Below, piece after piece: positions 1 through 7,926 of a stretch of 64,000 bases of DNA. Origin of the DNA: an uncultured Chloroflexia bacterium. Lineage in GTDB: Bacteria; Chloroflexota; Limnocylindria; Limnocylindrales; CSP1-4. How positions within the stretch are numbered: the stretch's first letter is position 1; the number at the start of each line of letters is the position of its first letter. A program made the position numbers and the translations under genes. The stretch spans positions 3,520,001 to 3,584,000 of the forward strand of contig OY970218.1 of assembly GCA_963713975.1 (NCBI GenBank), read 5' to 3'. The notes under the pieces are model-generated. The model was given only the letters and a program-made list of their open reading frames with translations, was not told the DNA's origin and searched no databases.

Positions 1-79
1 GGATCTTGACGGTGATGGAGACGGATTGGCCCGGCTCGACCGCGACGGCCGGCGTGACCAGCGTGACGGAGGCTCCCAC
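1..79 (-). CDS. Partial gene (5' end only), Ig-like/COG1470-type protein of the kind often found beside actinobacterial-type CIS loci
   Basis: Not in the ORF track. GTG at 79 reads MGASVTLVTPAVAVEPGQSVSITVKI and runs off the window edge. A TACACT -10 box lies 7 nt upstream (leaderless). The family call rests on the V-x-PG-x-S-x-x-I-x-V pattern only. Confidence 0.5.
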   Translation of the reverse strand, partial: MGASVTLVTPAVAVEPGQSVSITVKI

Positions 80-390
80 GGCCGGAAGTGTAGCGAGGCG
101 GCCGTGCTGCGGATAGGGGGCAGAAGGGGTCCGTTCGGGGTGTGATCGTGTCCGTTGAGGCAGGTCGGGTCTGCCCGTTCGTCCCGGATCCAGCCGAACC
201 CGGACGACGGCCAGACCGCAGTGCACGATCGCCGCCAGTTGCCCGGCGCTACGAGGGGCTGGGACTTTAGTCCGCCGCGGCGCGTCCATACGGATGAGTG
301 CGCCGGGCGCGCCGAGGATCGAAGATGGGTCGGTGCCGTCCCGCACCATGCCGGTGCTCGTGGTGCGACCGCAACCGACTGAGCCTGCCG

Positions 391-3240
391 ATGACCCCAT
401 CCAAGCCGCCGATCGCCGACCGACGCCTGCGAGGCCGAGACGCCACGCGGCCGCCCCGCGCGGCGAGGCGAGCAGGAGACCTCCAGGACCCCCGTGACGA
501 GCTCACCCTCGATGGCGTCGAGTCGGTGGCCGAGATCGGCTCGTACTCGCTCGACATCGTCGGCGACCGGTGGACGAGCTCACGAGGGCTCGATGGGATC
601 CTCGGCATCGACAGGAGATTCGAGCGCTCATTCGCGGCTTGGGCATCCCTCGTGCATGCGGCGGACCGGGACGCGATGGTCGAGTATTTCGCGAGTGACG
701 TGCTCGGGAAGGGACGGCCGTTCGATCGTGAGTACCGGGTCGTCCGTCATGACACCGGCGAGACCCGCTGGGTCCACGGGCGCGGAACGCTCACCTTCGG
801 TCACGGTGGGCAACCCGTAAGGATGCTGGGCACGATCGCCGACGTGACAGAGCGTCACGCGCTGCTGACCAGGAACCACAGGCTTGCCGAGGCGGTCGCC
901 CACACGGCGGAGGCCATCCTCGTGACCAGCCCGACGGGCGAGGTCGAGTTCTCGAACCCGGCCTTCGACCGCCTCGGCGTGGTCGCGCCCGACGAAACCC
1001 TCCAGGACGCGCTCGGCCGCATCACCCATGACCTGCCGCCCGATGTGCTGCAGGACCTGACGGAGGCCCTGTCCACTGGACGCCCGTGGACCGGACTGGT
1101 CGGCTTTCGCGACACCGACGGTGCGGACAGGGTCACGGATATGTCCATCGCGCCGATCCTTGGTGCCGACGGCGTTCCACTGGGCCATATCATCATCGGG
1201 CGTGACATCACGGAGGAGGTCGATGCGCGGCGCGCGCTCGAGTCCTCGGAAGCGCGGCTGCGGAACGTGCTCGACGCGATTCTCGAGGGCGTCACCTTCC
1301 AGACGGCGATCCGGGACGATACCGGCCGGATCGTGGACTTCCGGATCGACTATGCCAACGCGCGCATCGGCAGCGTGTCCCGGGTCCCAGCCGGGGACCA
1401 GGTGGCCCGTGGGCTCCTCGAGCTGTTTCCCGCCCACCGCACCAACGGCCTGTTCGACGCCTACGTGGACGTCGTAGAGACCGGGATCCCGTTCGAATCA
1501 GACGCCTTCCACTACCGCGACCCGCATGCGGCGGGCGGGCCGCTGGACCAGGTGGTCGAGCACCGGGCCTCCAGGATGGGCGATGGCTACGTGCTGTCGG
1601 TCCGCGACATCTCCGAGCACCACCGCTCACGTGTCGAGATGGGCCGCCTGGCCACTGCGATCGAGCAGACGTCCGATGCGGTGGTCATCACGGACGCGAC
1701 CGGCACCATTGAATACGTGAATCCGGCATTCGAGCAGGTGAGCGGGTACACCCGCGACGAGGTCATCGGCCAGAACCCGCGGATCCTCAAGAGCGGCGTG
1801 CAGAGCGCCGCGTTCTATGCCGCCATGTGGGCGACGCTGGCGGGCGGCACCTCCTTCGTCGCGGACCTGACGAACCGGCGAAAGGACGGCAGCCTGTTCG
1901 AGGAGGAGGCCGTCATCTCGCCGATCCGTGACGAGTCGGGCGCAATCACGAGCTACGTCGCGGTCAAGCGTGACGTGACCCGCGAGCGCTCCATGGAGGC
2001 AAGACAGGCGCGTATGGCTCGCGAGCGCAGCCTGATCGCCGGGATGATCGCGGACCTGGTGATGCTGCCGACGCCGGCGGCGACCGCCGAGGCGATCTGC
2101 CGCAAGATCGTGACCGCGACGGGCCTCGCAAGCGCCAGCCTCTCGTACTTCAGCGCCGAGGGGCACGCGATCCAGCTGGCGTTCGTGCGAGCCGACGGGG
2201 GTCGGGTGCCGCTGCGCCGCATCCCCGCCCAACGGAGCCGACAGCTTTCGGAGCGGGCGGGAGAAGGACCGTGGGTGGAGGCCTGGGTCCCGCGTGCCTC
2301 GCATCCCTACGACAAGCTGCACTCGGAGATGGGCACCGTGGCCCTCGCCTTCGGCCCGATCCGCCACGGGACCAGGCTGATCGGCCATCTGACCGTCGCG
2401 TCGTCCAGGGTGGACGCCGTCGCGAGCCTGACAGAGGTCCTGCCCGGCCTGCTGGAGTTCGCGATGGCCAGCGGCGCCCTGGTTGGACCCGGCATCGAGT
2501 CGCTCCTCAGGGTCGACCTCCTGCGCTCGCGCATCCGCAAGGTGCTCAGGCAGTCGGCCTTCCAGCCGGTCTTCCAGCCAGTCGTCGACCTCGTGACGGG
2601 AATGCGCGTCGGGTACGAGGCCCTCTCCCGGTTCTCCGATGGGACTGCTCCCGATCTCGTCTTTGCAGACGCCCGGACCGCGGGCCTCGAGGCAGAGCTG
2701 GAGCTGGCGACGATGAGCGCGGCGATCGAGGCCGCCCGGCTGCTGCCGCGCGACGCGTGGCTCAGCCTCAACGTCTCACCGGCGCTGCTTGTGGGGAGCC
2801 GGAGGCTTGCCGCCGTGCTGCGGAAGGCAGACCGACCCATCGTGCTCGAAGTGACCGAGCACGTCGCTGTGGAGGACTACGCGATGCTCCGCGCCGCCGT
2901 CGGGCGGCTCCGGCCACCGGTGCGGGTAGCGGTCGATGACGCGGGCGCCGGAGTGGCCAACTTCGGCCACATCGTGGAGCTTCGGCCGGCGTTCGTGAAG
3001 CCCGACGTGGGGCTCGTGCGCGGGATCGATCAGGACCTGACGCGTCAGGCCCTGATCATGGGGCTCCTCCACTTCGCGAGCGAGTCGGCCAGCCAGACGA
3101 TCGCCGAGGGCGTGGAGACGGAAGCCGAGCTCGCGACGCTACGGCAGCTTGGCGTGCCCTTCGCCCAGGGGTATCTCCTCGCGCGTCCGGCACCCGCACA
3201 GACGTGGAGTCCGAAGGCGCGCCGCCTGCCTGGAGCATGA
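391..3240 (+). CDS. Multi-PAS/GAF-EAL c-di-GMP phosphodiesterase (no GGDEF domain)
   Basis: Several PAS/PAC motifs (RWVHGRG...GTIADVTE; YVNPAFEQVSGY...VKRDVT). The C-terminal EAL domain has GYEALSRF, SLNVS, LEVTE, DDAGAG, EGVET and QGY. Start moved from 298 to ATG 391 (uncertain). Confidence 0.88.
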   Translation: MTPSKPPIADRRLRGRDATRPPRAARRAGDLQDPRDELTLDGVESVAEIGSYSLDIVGDRWTSSRGLDGILGIDRRFERSFAAWASLVHAADRDAMVEYFASDVLGKGRPFDREYRVVRHDTGETRWVHGRGTLTFGHGGQPVRMLGTIADVTERHALLTRNHRLAEAVAHTAEAILVTSPTGEVEFSNPAFDRLGVVAPDETLQDALGRITHDLPPDVLQDLTEALSTGRPWTGLVGFRDTDGADRVTDMSIAPILGADGVPLGHIIIGRDITEEVDARRALESSEARLRNVLDAILEGVTFQTAIRDDTGRIVDFRIDYANARIGSVSRVPAGDQVARGLLELFPAHRTNGLFDAYVDVVETGIPFESDAFHYRDPHAAGGPLDQVVEHRASRMGDGYVLSVRDISEHHRSRVEMGRLATAIEQTSDAVVITDATGTIEYVNPAFEQVSGYTRDEVIGQNPRILKSGVQSAAFYAAMWATLAGGTSFVADLTNRRKDGSLFEEEAVISPIRDESGAITSYVAVKRDVTRERSMEARQARMARERSLIAGMIADLVMLPTPAATAEAICRKIVTATGLASASLSYFSAEGHAIQLAFVRADGGRVPLRRIPAQRSRQLSERAGEGPWVEAWVPRASHPYDKLHSEMGTVALAFGPIRHGTRLIGHLTVASSRVDAVASLTEVLPGLLEFAMASGALVGPGIESLLRVDLLRSRIRKVLRQSAFQPVFQPVVDLVTGMRVGYEALSRFSDGTAPDLVFADARTAGLEAELELATMSAAIEAARLLPRDAWLSLNVSPALLVGSRRLAAVLRKADRPIVLEVTEHVAVEDYAMLRAAVGRLRPPVRVAVDDAGAGVANFGHIVELRPAFVKPDVGLVRGIDQDLTRQALIMGLLHFASESASQTIAEGVETEAELATLRQLGVPFAQGYLLARPAPAQTWSPKARRLPGA

Positions 3241-3393
3241 CGTCGGGTCGGCGCGCGACGCGGGCCCGTCGAGTCCGGGGTTAAGCCCACGTTGACTGGC
3301 CGGGAAGGTCCACTGCCTAGGCTTGGGGGGCGTCCCCGGGGTATGCACGAGCATCGCGTCCAGCCCGGGTCGACGCTAAGGGAGAGTCGATCG

Positions 3394-4041
3394 ATGGTCG
3401 CGGAACCCGTTCCCTTCAAGGCCCGGATCCCGGTGGTGGTCGTCGCCGCTGACCCCCTGTCCCGGGCCGGGATCGTCAGCCAGCTGCGCAAGGTCCAGGG
3501 CTTCGGCGTGGCCGGAGACGGCGAGCTGCCCGAGGACGTCGTGGGTCTCGTGGTCGGCGAAGAGCTGGATGCCGAGGTCCTGGGGTCGATGCGGGCGCTG
3601 CGTGGGCGGGGCGTTCGCCGGGTTGTGCTCCTGGTCTCACGCGTCGACGACCGGAGCCTGATGGCCGCGGCCGAGGCCGGCGTGACCGGCGTGCTGCGCC
3701 GAAGCGAGGCAACCGCGGGCAATCTTGCCGCAGCGCTGCGCTCGGCTGCCGCCGGTGAGGGCTCCCTGCCACCCGACCTGCTGGGTCGGCTGCTGCGCCA
3801 GGTGGGCCAGCTCCAACGCCAGGTGCTCTCGCCGCGCGGCCTGACGTTCTCGGGCCTGACGGAGCGCGAGGCCGCGGTCGTGCGGCTGCTCGCCGACGGG
3901 CTGGACACCAGTGAGATCGCCCACCAGTTGTTCTACTCCGAGCGGACCGTGAAGAACATCATCCACGACATCACGTCGCGGCTCGAGCTCCGCAACCGGA
4001 CCCACGCCGTCGCCTACGCGATCCGCGAGGGGCTGATCTGA
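3394..4041 (+). CDS. LuxR/NarL-family HTH regulator with degenerate receiver domain (CIS-associated)
   Basis: C-terminal LTEREAAVVRLLADGLDTSEIAHQLFYSERTVKNIIHDITSRLELRNRTHAVAYA. The receiver lacks the acidic pocket (VVAAD; no clear phospho-Asp). RBS AAGGGAG precedes ATG 3394. Confidence 0.88.
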   Translation: MVAEPVPFKARIPVVVVAADPLSRAGIVSQLRKVQGFGVAGDGELPEDVVGLVVGEELDAEVLGSMRALRGRGVRRVVLLVSRVDDRSLMAAAEAGVTGVLRRSEATAGNLAAALRSAAAGEGSLPPDLLGRLLRQVGQLQRQVLSPRGLTFSGLTEREAAVVRLLADGLDTSEIAHQLFYSERTVKNIIHDITSRLELRNRTHAVAYAIREGLI

Positions 4042-4114
4042 CACGGCCCTCGGGGCGAGACCTCCGGGATCGCGTGGTCCCACATCGCCCGTGTCGCGGG
4101 CGCTCGACGCCCGG

Positions 4115-4816
4115 TCAGCCTCCGCTCAGCGCGACGAACAGCCGCCCGCGGCGTGCCGCATCCGTCCGCAACGTCACCATCACCCGCACCTGGAGCCATT
4201 CGCCGGGTCCTGGGTCCAGCCCCTGATCGAGCGGCAGCGCCAGGGGCCAGCCGGCCCCCGCCTGCACCCACCGTGGCTGCCCGGTGGCGGCATCGCCGGC
4301 CGTGGTCCCCCACCGATCCACGGGCACGCCCGACGCGTCGATCCGGACGAGGCTGCACTCGATGGTCGAGACGTCCACCGCGAACGGCTCGCTGCCCACC
4401 GCGACCAGGCTCGCCCGGCCCGGATCGGCCACCAGCTCCAGCGCCGCGACGGGACACTCGGTCGCGCTGTCCACGAGCGCACGCAGGTGGTCGACCAGCA
4501 CGCCCCACGGACCACCCGGCGTGGCGTTGGAGCCCATCGATGCGACGACCTCGCCCTCGTCACCGATCGCGATGGTCTCGGTGGCCCCGTCGCGGGGTGT
4601 CTCGAGCCAGGGGCCGTCGCCCCGGCCGCACGCCGTGGCCTCGCCCCGGACGGCCTCCATGACGTCCTCGGGCAGGCTGCCCGCGAAGGAGCCGATCCGC
4701 GCCCCGGCCACGGTCCGGCGCGCCCGGAAGGAGCCGTCGGCGCGCAGCTCGAGGAGCTCGTCGTCCGCGGGTGGCCGGCCCCCGGAGCGCGAGTAGGTCA
4801 GAAGGATCGCGCTCAC
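4115..4816 (-). CDS. Hypothetical protein, putative immunity/partner of effector A
   Basis: Its GTG overlaps the effector A stop (GTGA). It is visibly paralogous to 9503-10165 (TYxR...ELLEL..DGS...IGxFxGxL...GPW..LV...AGxGW). Confidence 0.75.
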   Translation of the reverse strand: MSAILLTYSRSGGRPPADDELLELRADGSFRARRTVAGARIGSFAGSLPEDVMEAVRGEATACGRGDGPWLETPRDGATETIAIGDEGEVVASMGSNATPGGPWGVLVDHLRALVDSATECPVAALELVADPGRASLVAVGSEPFAVDVSTIECSLVRIDASGVPVDRWGTTAGDAATGQPRWVQAGAGWPLALPLDQGLDPGPGEWLQVRVMVTLRTDAARRGRLFVALSGG

Positions 4817-7107
4817 GCTGATCCCTTCACGATCCGCCAGGCACCCGGCCGGTTCCGCCCGACCAGCTCCGCGAAATGCCGGACATGTCGCTCCGCGATC
4901 GGGTGGTCATGGGGGTTCACGGGTGCGTTGAAGCTCTGCATCTCACCCATCAGGGACCGGTTGCTGTAGCCGAATGGCGCGGTGGCCGCCGTCTCGGGCG
5001 CGTTGCGCCCCGGGATGCGGGCCGCGATGTCGTCCTCGATGTGGGCAGCGGGATCGTTCACCACCACGGGCCCACTGGGGCCATTGTCCTCGCGCTGGAG
5101 GTTACCGGCATTGGCGCGCTCGTAGGCGATGCCGACCCTCTGGGCGAACGCGCCCTGCGCCAGCGAGTACTTGGTGGCGACCACGGCCTGGGCCTTGATC
5201 CCCCGCTGGTTGGCCGGGCTGCTGGTGACGGCCGTCCGGATCTCGGCGGCGATCGTGTCGGGGGCGATGGGGGCACCGCTCGCATCGGTGGGGGCGTCGG
5301 TGGCACCCGTGAAGGGCTGCTCGCCGGTGATGATCGTGTACTGCTCGGGTCCCGTGTTGTACTCGTCCTGGAGGCCCAGGAGGTGGCCGAACTCGTGTGG
5401 CGCGAGCGCCGCGTCCGTGTCGCCCGTGTGGTACTCCCCGGCGTTCGAGCGGCCCGGCGTCCCGCCCGGCGGCGTCACGATGACGCGGACGGTCGCGTCG
5501 GCCGGCGACCCGCTGCCGACCACGAACCGGATCGGCAGCTCTGTGCCCGGGTGATCGTCATCGACCACCTTGAAGGTGTTCCAGGCGTTCATCATCTGCT
5601 GGCGCCAGGTCGCCACCATCGGGTGGCCGGGCGCGCCGGTGAACCGGATGTTGACCGAGATCTCGAGCCGGTCGGGGTGCAGCCTCCAGGTGAACCGCGT
5701 GGGGCCCCCGTACTGGGAGCCCTCCACGCGCTCGTTCGACTCGAACTCCTCCCGGCCGACCGTCACCGGACCGGCCACGGCGTCGAGGGCGGTCCAGGTT
5801 GCCGCATTGGCGACCCCGGTGATCGGCAGGGGTGGCGTGCGCGAGCCCTGGAACTCGCGGACGGCGCTCCGGGTCGGCTGGTCGAACCGACCGTTCGCCG
5901 TTGGCCGGGTCGGGACCTGCGCCGCGTCCATCGTCAGCAGCTTCTGCTGGAGCTCTTCCACCGCGGCGCCCCGGTTGTTGAGGCGCACGGTTGGGTGGAT
6001 CGTGCCGCCGGTCGGCACGCCGCGTGCCTCCGCCGGCACGGGACCCTCGATGACGGCACGCCCGTGTCGGAAGACCCTCGGGGCCAGCTGGTCCAGCTTG
6101 AGCCAGGTCTCGAGCGTGGCGATCCCGTTCGCCGCGAGGGGCGGGTGGGCGGCCTGGAACGCCGACACGGCTGCCGTGGTCTCGGGCCCGAACATCGCGG
6201 TGATCCGCAACGGCGGCGCGGCCCCCGTGGCGTTGAGCGCCTGCTGCATCACGCCGATCTCAGGGTTGGGCCCGTCCCCCTCGGCGTAGACCGCCCGGAG
6301 CAGCCCCAGGGCCTGGTCGAGGTCGTCGCCCGAGAGCTCATCGCGGACCTCGTCCACGAGGACCTTGCCCGTCAGATCGTGGTACTCCCGGGCGACCTCC
6401 ATGATCTCGTAGGGACTCCGTCCGGTGAGGGCGTTGATCAGCTGGCTCTCGTCGGTCCCGAGGTCCCGCATCGCCTCGTCCGCCTGGCGGGCCACATCCC
6501 GGGCGCGAACCGCCCGTTGCTCCAGCGCTTCCTCGGCATTGGCCACCGCGTCGTCCGCGACAGCGGTGGCCATCAGCTGGCGCGCTCGTGCCAGCTCGGA
6601 CGCGGTCAGCTCGTCCTCGAGGTCCGCATCGAGGCTCCCGTTCATGGCCATTGGCTGGTACGCCGCGACGATCGCGTCGAGGTCGGCCCGCCGTCGACCC
6701 GACAGCGCGCCGTAGATCGCCTCCTCGTCGGTCCCCCAGCGGTCCATCGCCGTGAGCAGCTGGCGGGCGACGCGGCCCGCCTGGTCGGCCGACATCGCGC
6801 GCTGGATGGTCGGGCGGGCCGGTCCCGCGCCTGTGGCGCCGCGGTCGGGAGCCGTGCGCCGCACGAGCCCGTCCACGGCCGCGTTCCCGGCCGTTCGCTG
6901 CAGCCCCATCACCATGCGGGGCAGCACACCGGGCGGCAGCGCACCGCCCGGCCCCAGGATCTCCGAAGACGCGGGCCCGAAGGTGGCTCCGTGAACGCCG
7001 TCACCGTCGGCGGGAACCAGCACGTCCGCGGCCGGGCGTGCCGGGCTCGGCCGGGGGCCGCGGAGGGCATCCGGAGAAGCCTGCCGGGGAACTGTGGAGT
7101 CCGACAT
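4813..7107 (-). CDS. Putative CIS effector A: LQRxAGN leader + 2 annexin repeats + 2 peptidoglycan-binding domains + HExxH zinc metalloprotease
   Basis: Leader LQRTAGNAAV. Annexin repeats AMDRWGTDEEAI...EDEL and AMRDLGTDESQL...RDELSGD. PGBD-like QQAL...FGPETTAAVSAFQ...ANGIA..ETW and LQQKL...GRFDQPTRSAVREFQ...ITGVA..ATW. HEFGHLLGLQDEY at 5359-5397 and a candidate Met-turn SLMG. Confidence 0.82.
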   Translation of the reverse strand: MSDSTVPRQASPDALRGPRPSPARPAADVLVPADGDGVHGATFGPASSEILGPGGALPPGVLPRMVMGLQRTAGNAAVDGLVRRTAPDRGATGAGPARPTIQRAMSADQAGRVARQLLTAMDRWGTDEEAIYGALSGRRRADLDAIVAAYQPMAMNGSLDADLEDELTASELARARQLMATAVADDAVANAEEALEQRAVRARDVARQADEAMRDLGTDESQLINALTGRSPYEIMEVAREYHDLTGKVLVDEVRDELSGDDLDQALGLLRAVYAEGDGPNPEIGVMQQALNATGAAPPLRITAMFGPETTAAVSAFQAAHPPLAANGIATLETWLKLDQLAPRVFRHGRAVIEGPVPAEARGVPTGGTIHPTVRLNNRGAAVEELQQKLLTMDAAQVPTRPTANGRFDQPTRSAVREFQGSRTPPLPITGVANAATWTALDAVAGPVTVGREEFESNERVEGSQYGGPTRFTWRLHPDRLEISVNIRFTGAPGHPMVATWRQQMMNAWNTFKVVDDDHPGTELPIRFVVGSGSPADATVRVIVTPPGGTPGRSNAGEYHTGDTDAALAPHEFGHLLGLQDEYNTGPEQYTIITGEQPFTGATDAPTDASGAPIAPDTIAAEIRTAVTSSPANQRGIKAQAVVATKYSLAQGAFAQRVGIAYERANAGNLQREDNGPSGPVVVNDPAAHIEDDIAARIPGRNAPETAATAPFGYSNRSLMGEMQSFNAPVNPHDHPIAERHVRHFAELVGRNRPGAWRIVKGSA

Positions 7108-7155
7108 GATGGATGGTCGAGGCTGGTGGCGGCTCGGCGCAAGAGGGTCGCCGGC

Positions 7156-7794
7156 TCACATCTGCAGCTCTTCTTCTTCCTCCTCACCCGATTCCTGGCG
7201 CTGGACGGACGTCATGACCTCGTCGGCCGTCTGCTCGGCCGCGTGCTCGAAGCGATCCGACGGGCTCGACACCCGGATGCCGCCCGCCGCGTCGCTGCCG
7301 TCCACGGGGCCCTGGGACTGCTGGACGACATGGGCCAGCTCGTGAGCCAGCGTGCGCTGGCCAGTCGGGGTGGCCGGGTTGAACTGGCCGCCCCGGAAGA
7401 CCACATCGTTGCCGACGGTGTAGGCATTGGCACCGACGGCCTCGGCGGACTTCGACGCCCGGTCATCGGTATGGACGCGCACTCCCCCGAAGCTGGCGCC
7501 AAACGCGGACTCCATGTTCGTCCGGAGGCCCTCGTCTAGGGGCGACCCACCCCCGGAACCGATGACATCGTGCACCGGGGAGCGATCCTCCTTGTCACCG
7601 GCCAGCATCTGGACGACGCCCTGGTTCCCGGCCGTCCGCTGGAGGTGCATCACGGACGCCGCGTCCATGGCCGGCGAGCGGACGAGCGCGGGCGGGGCGC
7701 CGACCGCCCCGGCTGCCCGGGACTCGGGCGTCGGGCTCCCGGTTGTCCGGTGTGACGCCCGGCGTGCGGGCGGGTCCAGCTCGAAGTCATGCAT
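7156..7794 (-). CDS. Stand-alone DUF4157 (eCIS core domain) protein
   Basis: GSPLDEGLRTNMESAFGASFGGVRVHTD...ANAYTVGNDVVF...LAHELAHVVQQ is the DUF4157 signature. AGGAGG RBS precedes ATG 7794 (the ORF track over-extends it to 8994). It ends VQRQESGEEEEEELQM with no toxin domain. Confidence 0.9.
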   Translation of the reverse strand: MHDFELDPPARRASHRTTGSPTPESRAAGAVGAPPALVRSPAMDAASVMHLQRTAGNQGVVQMLAGDKEDRSPVHDVIGSGGGSPLDEGLRTNMESAFGASFGGVRVHTDDRASKSAEAVGANAYTVGNDVVFRGGQFNPATPTGQRTLAHELAHVVQQSQGPVDGSDAAGGIRVSSPSDRFEHAAEQTADEVMTSVQRQESGEEEEEELQM

Positions 7795-7876
7795 CTGCCT
7801 GTCCTCCTGTGGCAACCGACAGCATCCGCCACCGACCGGGCCATCGCAATGGCGTCGAGCTGGACCGCCCGGAAGT

Positions 7877-7892
7877 CTGCCCGTATGGGCAG
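7877..7892. promoter_or_regulatory. Palindromic operator CTGCCC-N4-GGGCAG in the divergent effector promoter
   Basis: CTGCCC GTAT GGGCAG, centred 42.5 nt upstream of ATG 7927, which follows TAGCAT (7914-7919). The same palindrome occurs at 13108-13123. Confidence 0.6.
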
Positions 7893-7926
7893 CCCGGCAG
7901 CCTTGCCGACGCGTAGCATCCGGGCC

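Noticed and set aside
4876-7539. Long antisense ORFs (also 26649-29246, 30774-33053, 10941-12521, 34368-36116 and many others)
   Set aside because: These are shadow ORFs expected at very high GC. They have no family motifs, and the opposite strand carries clear genes.
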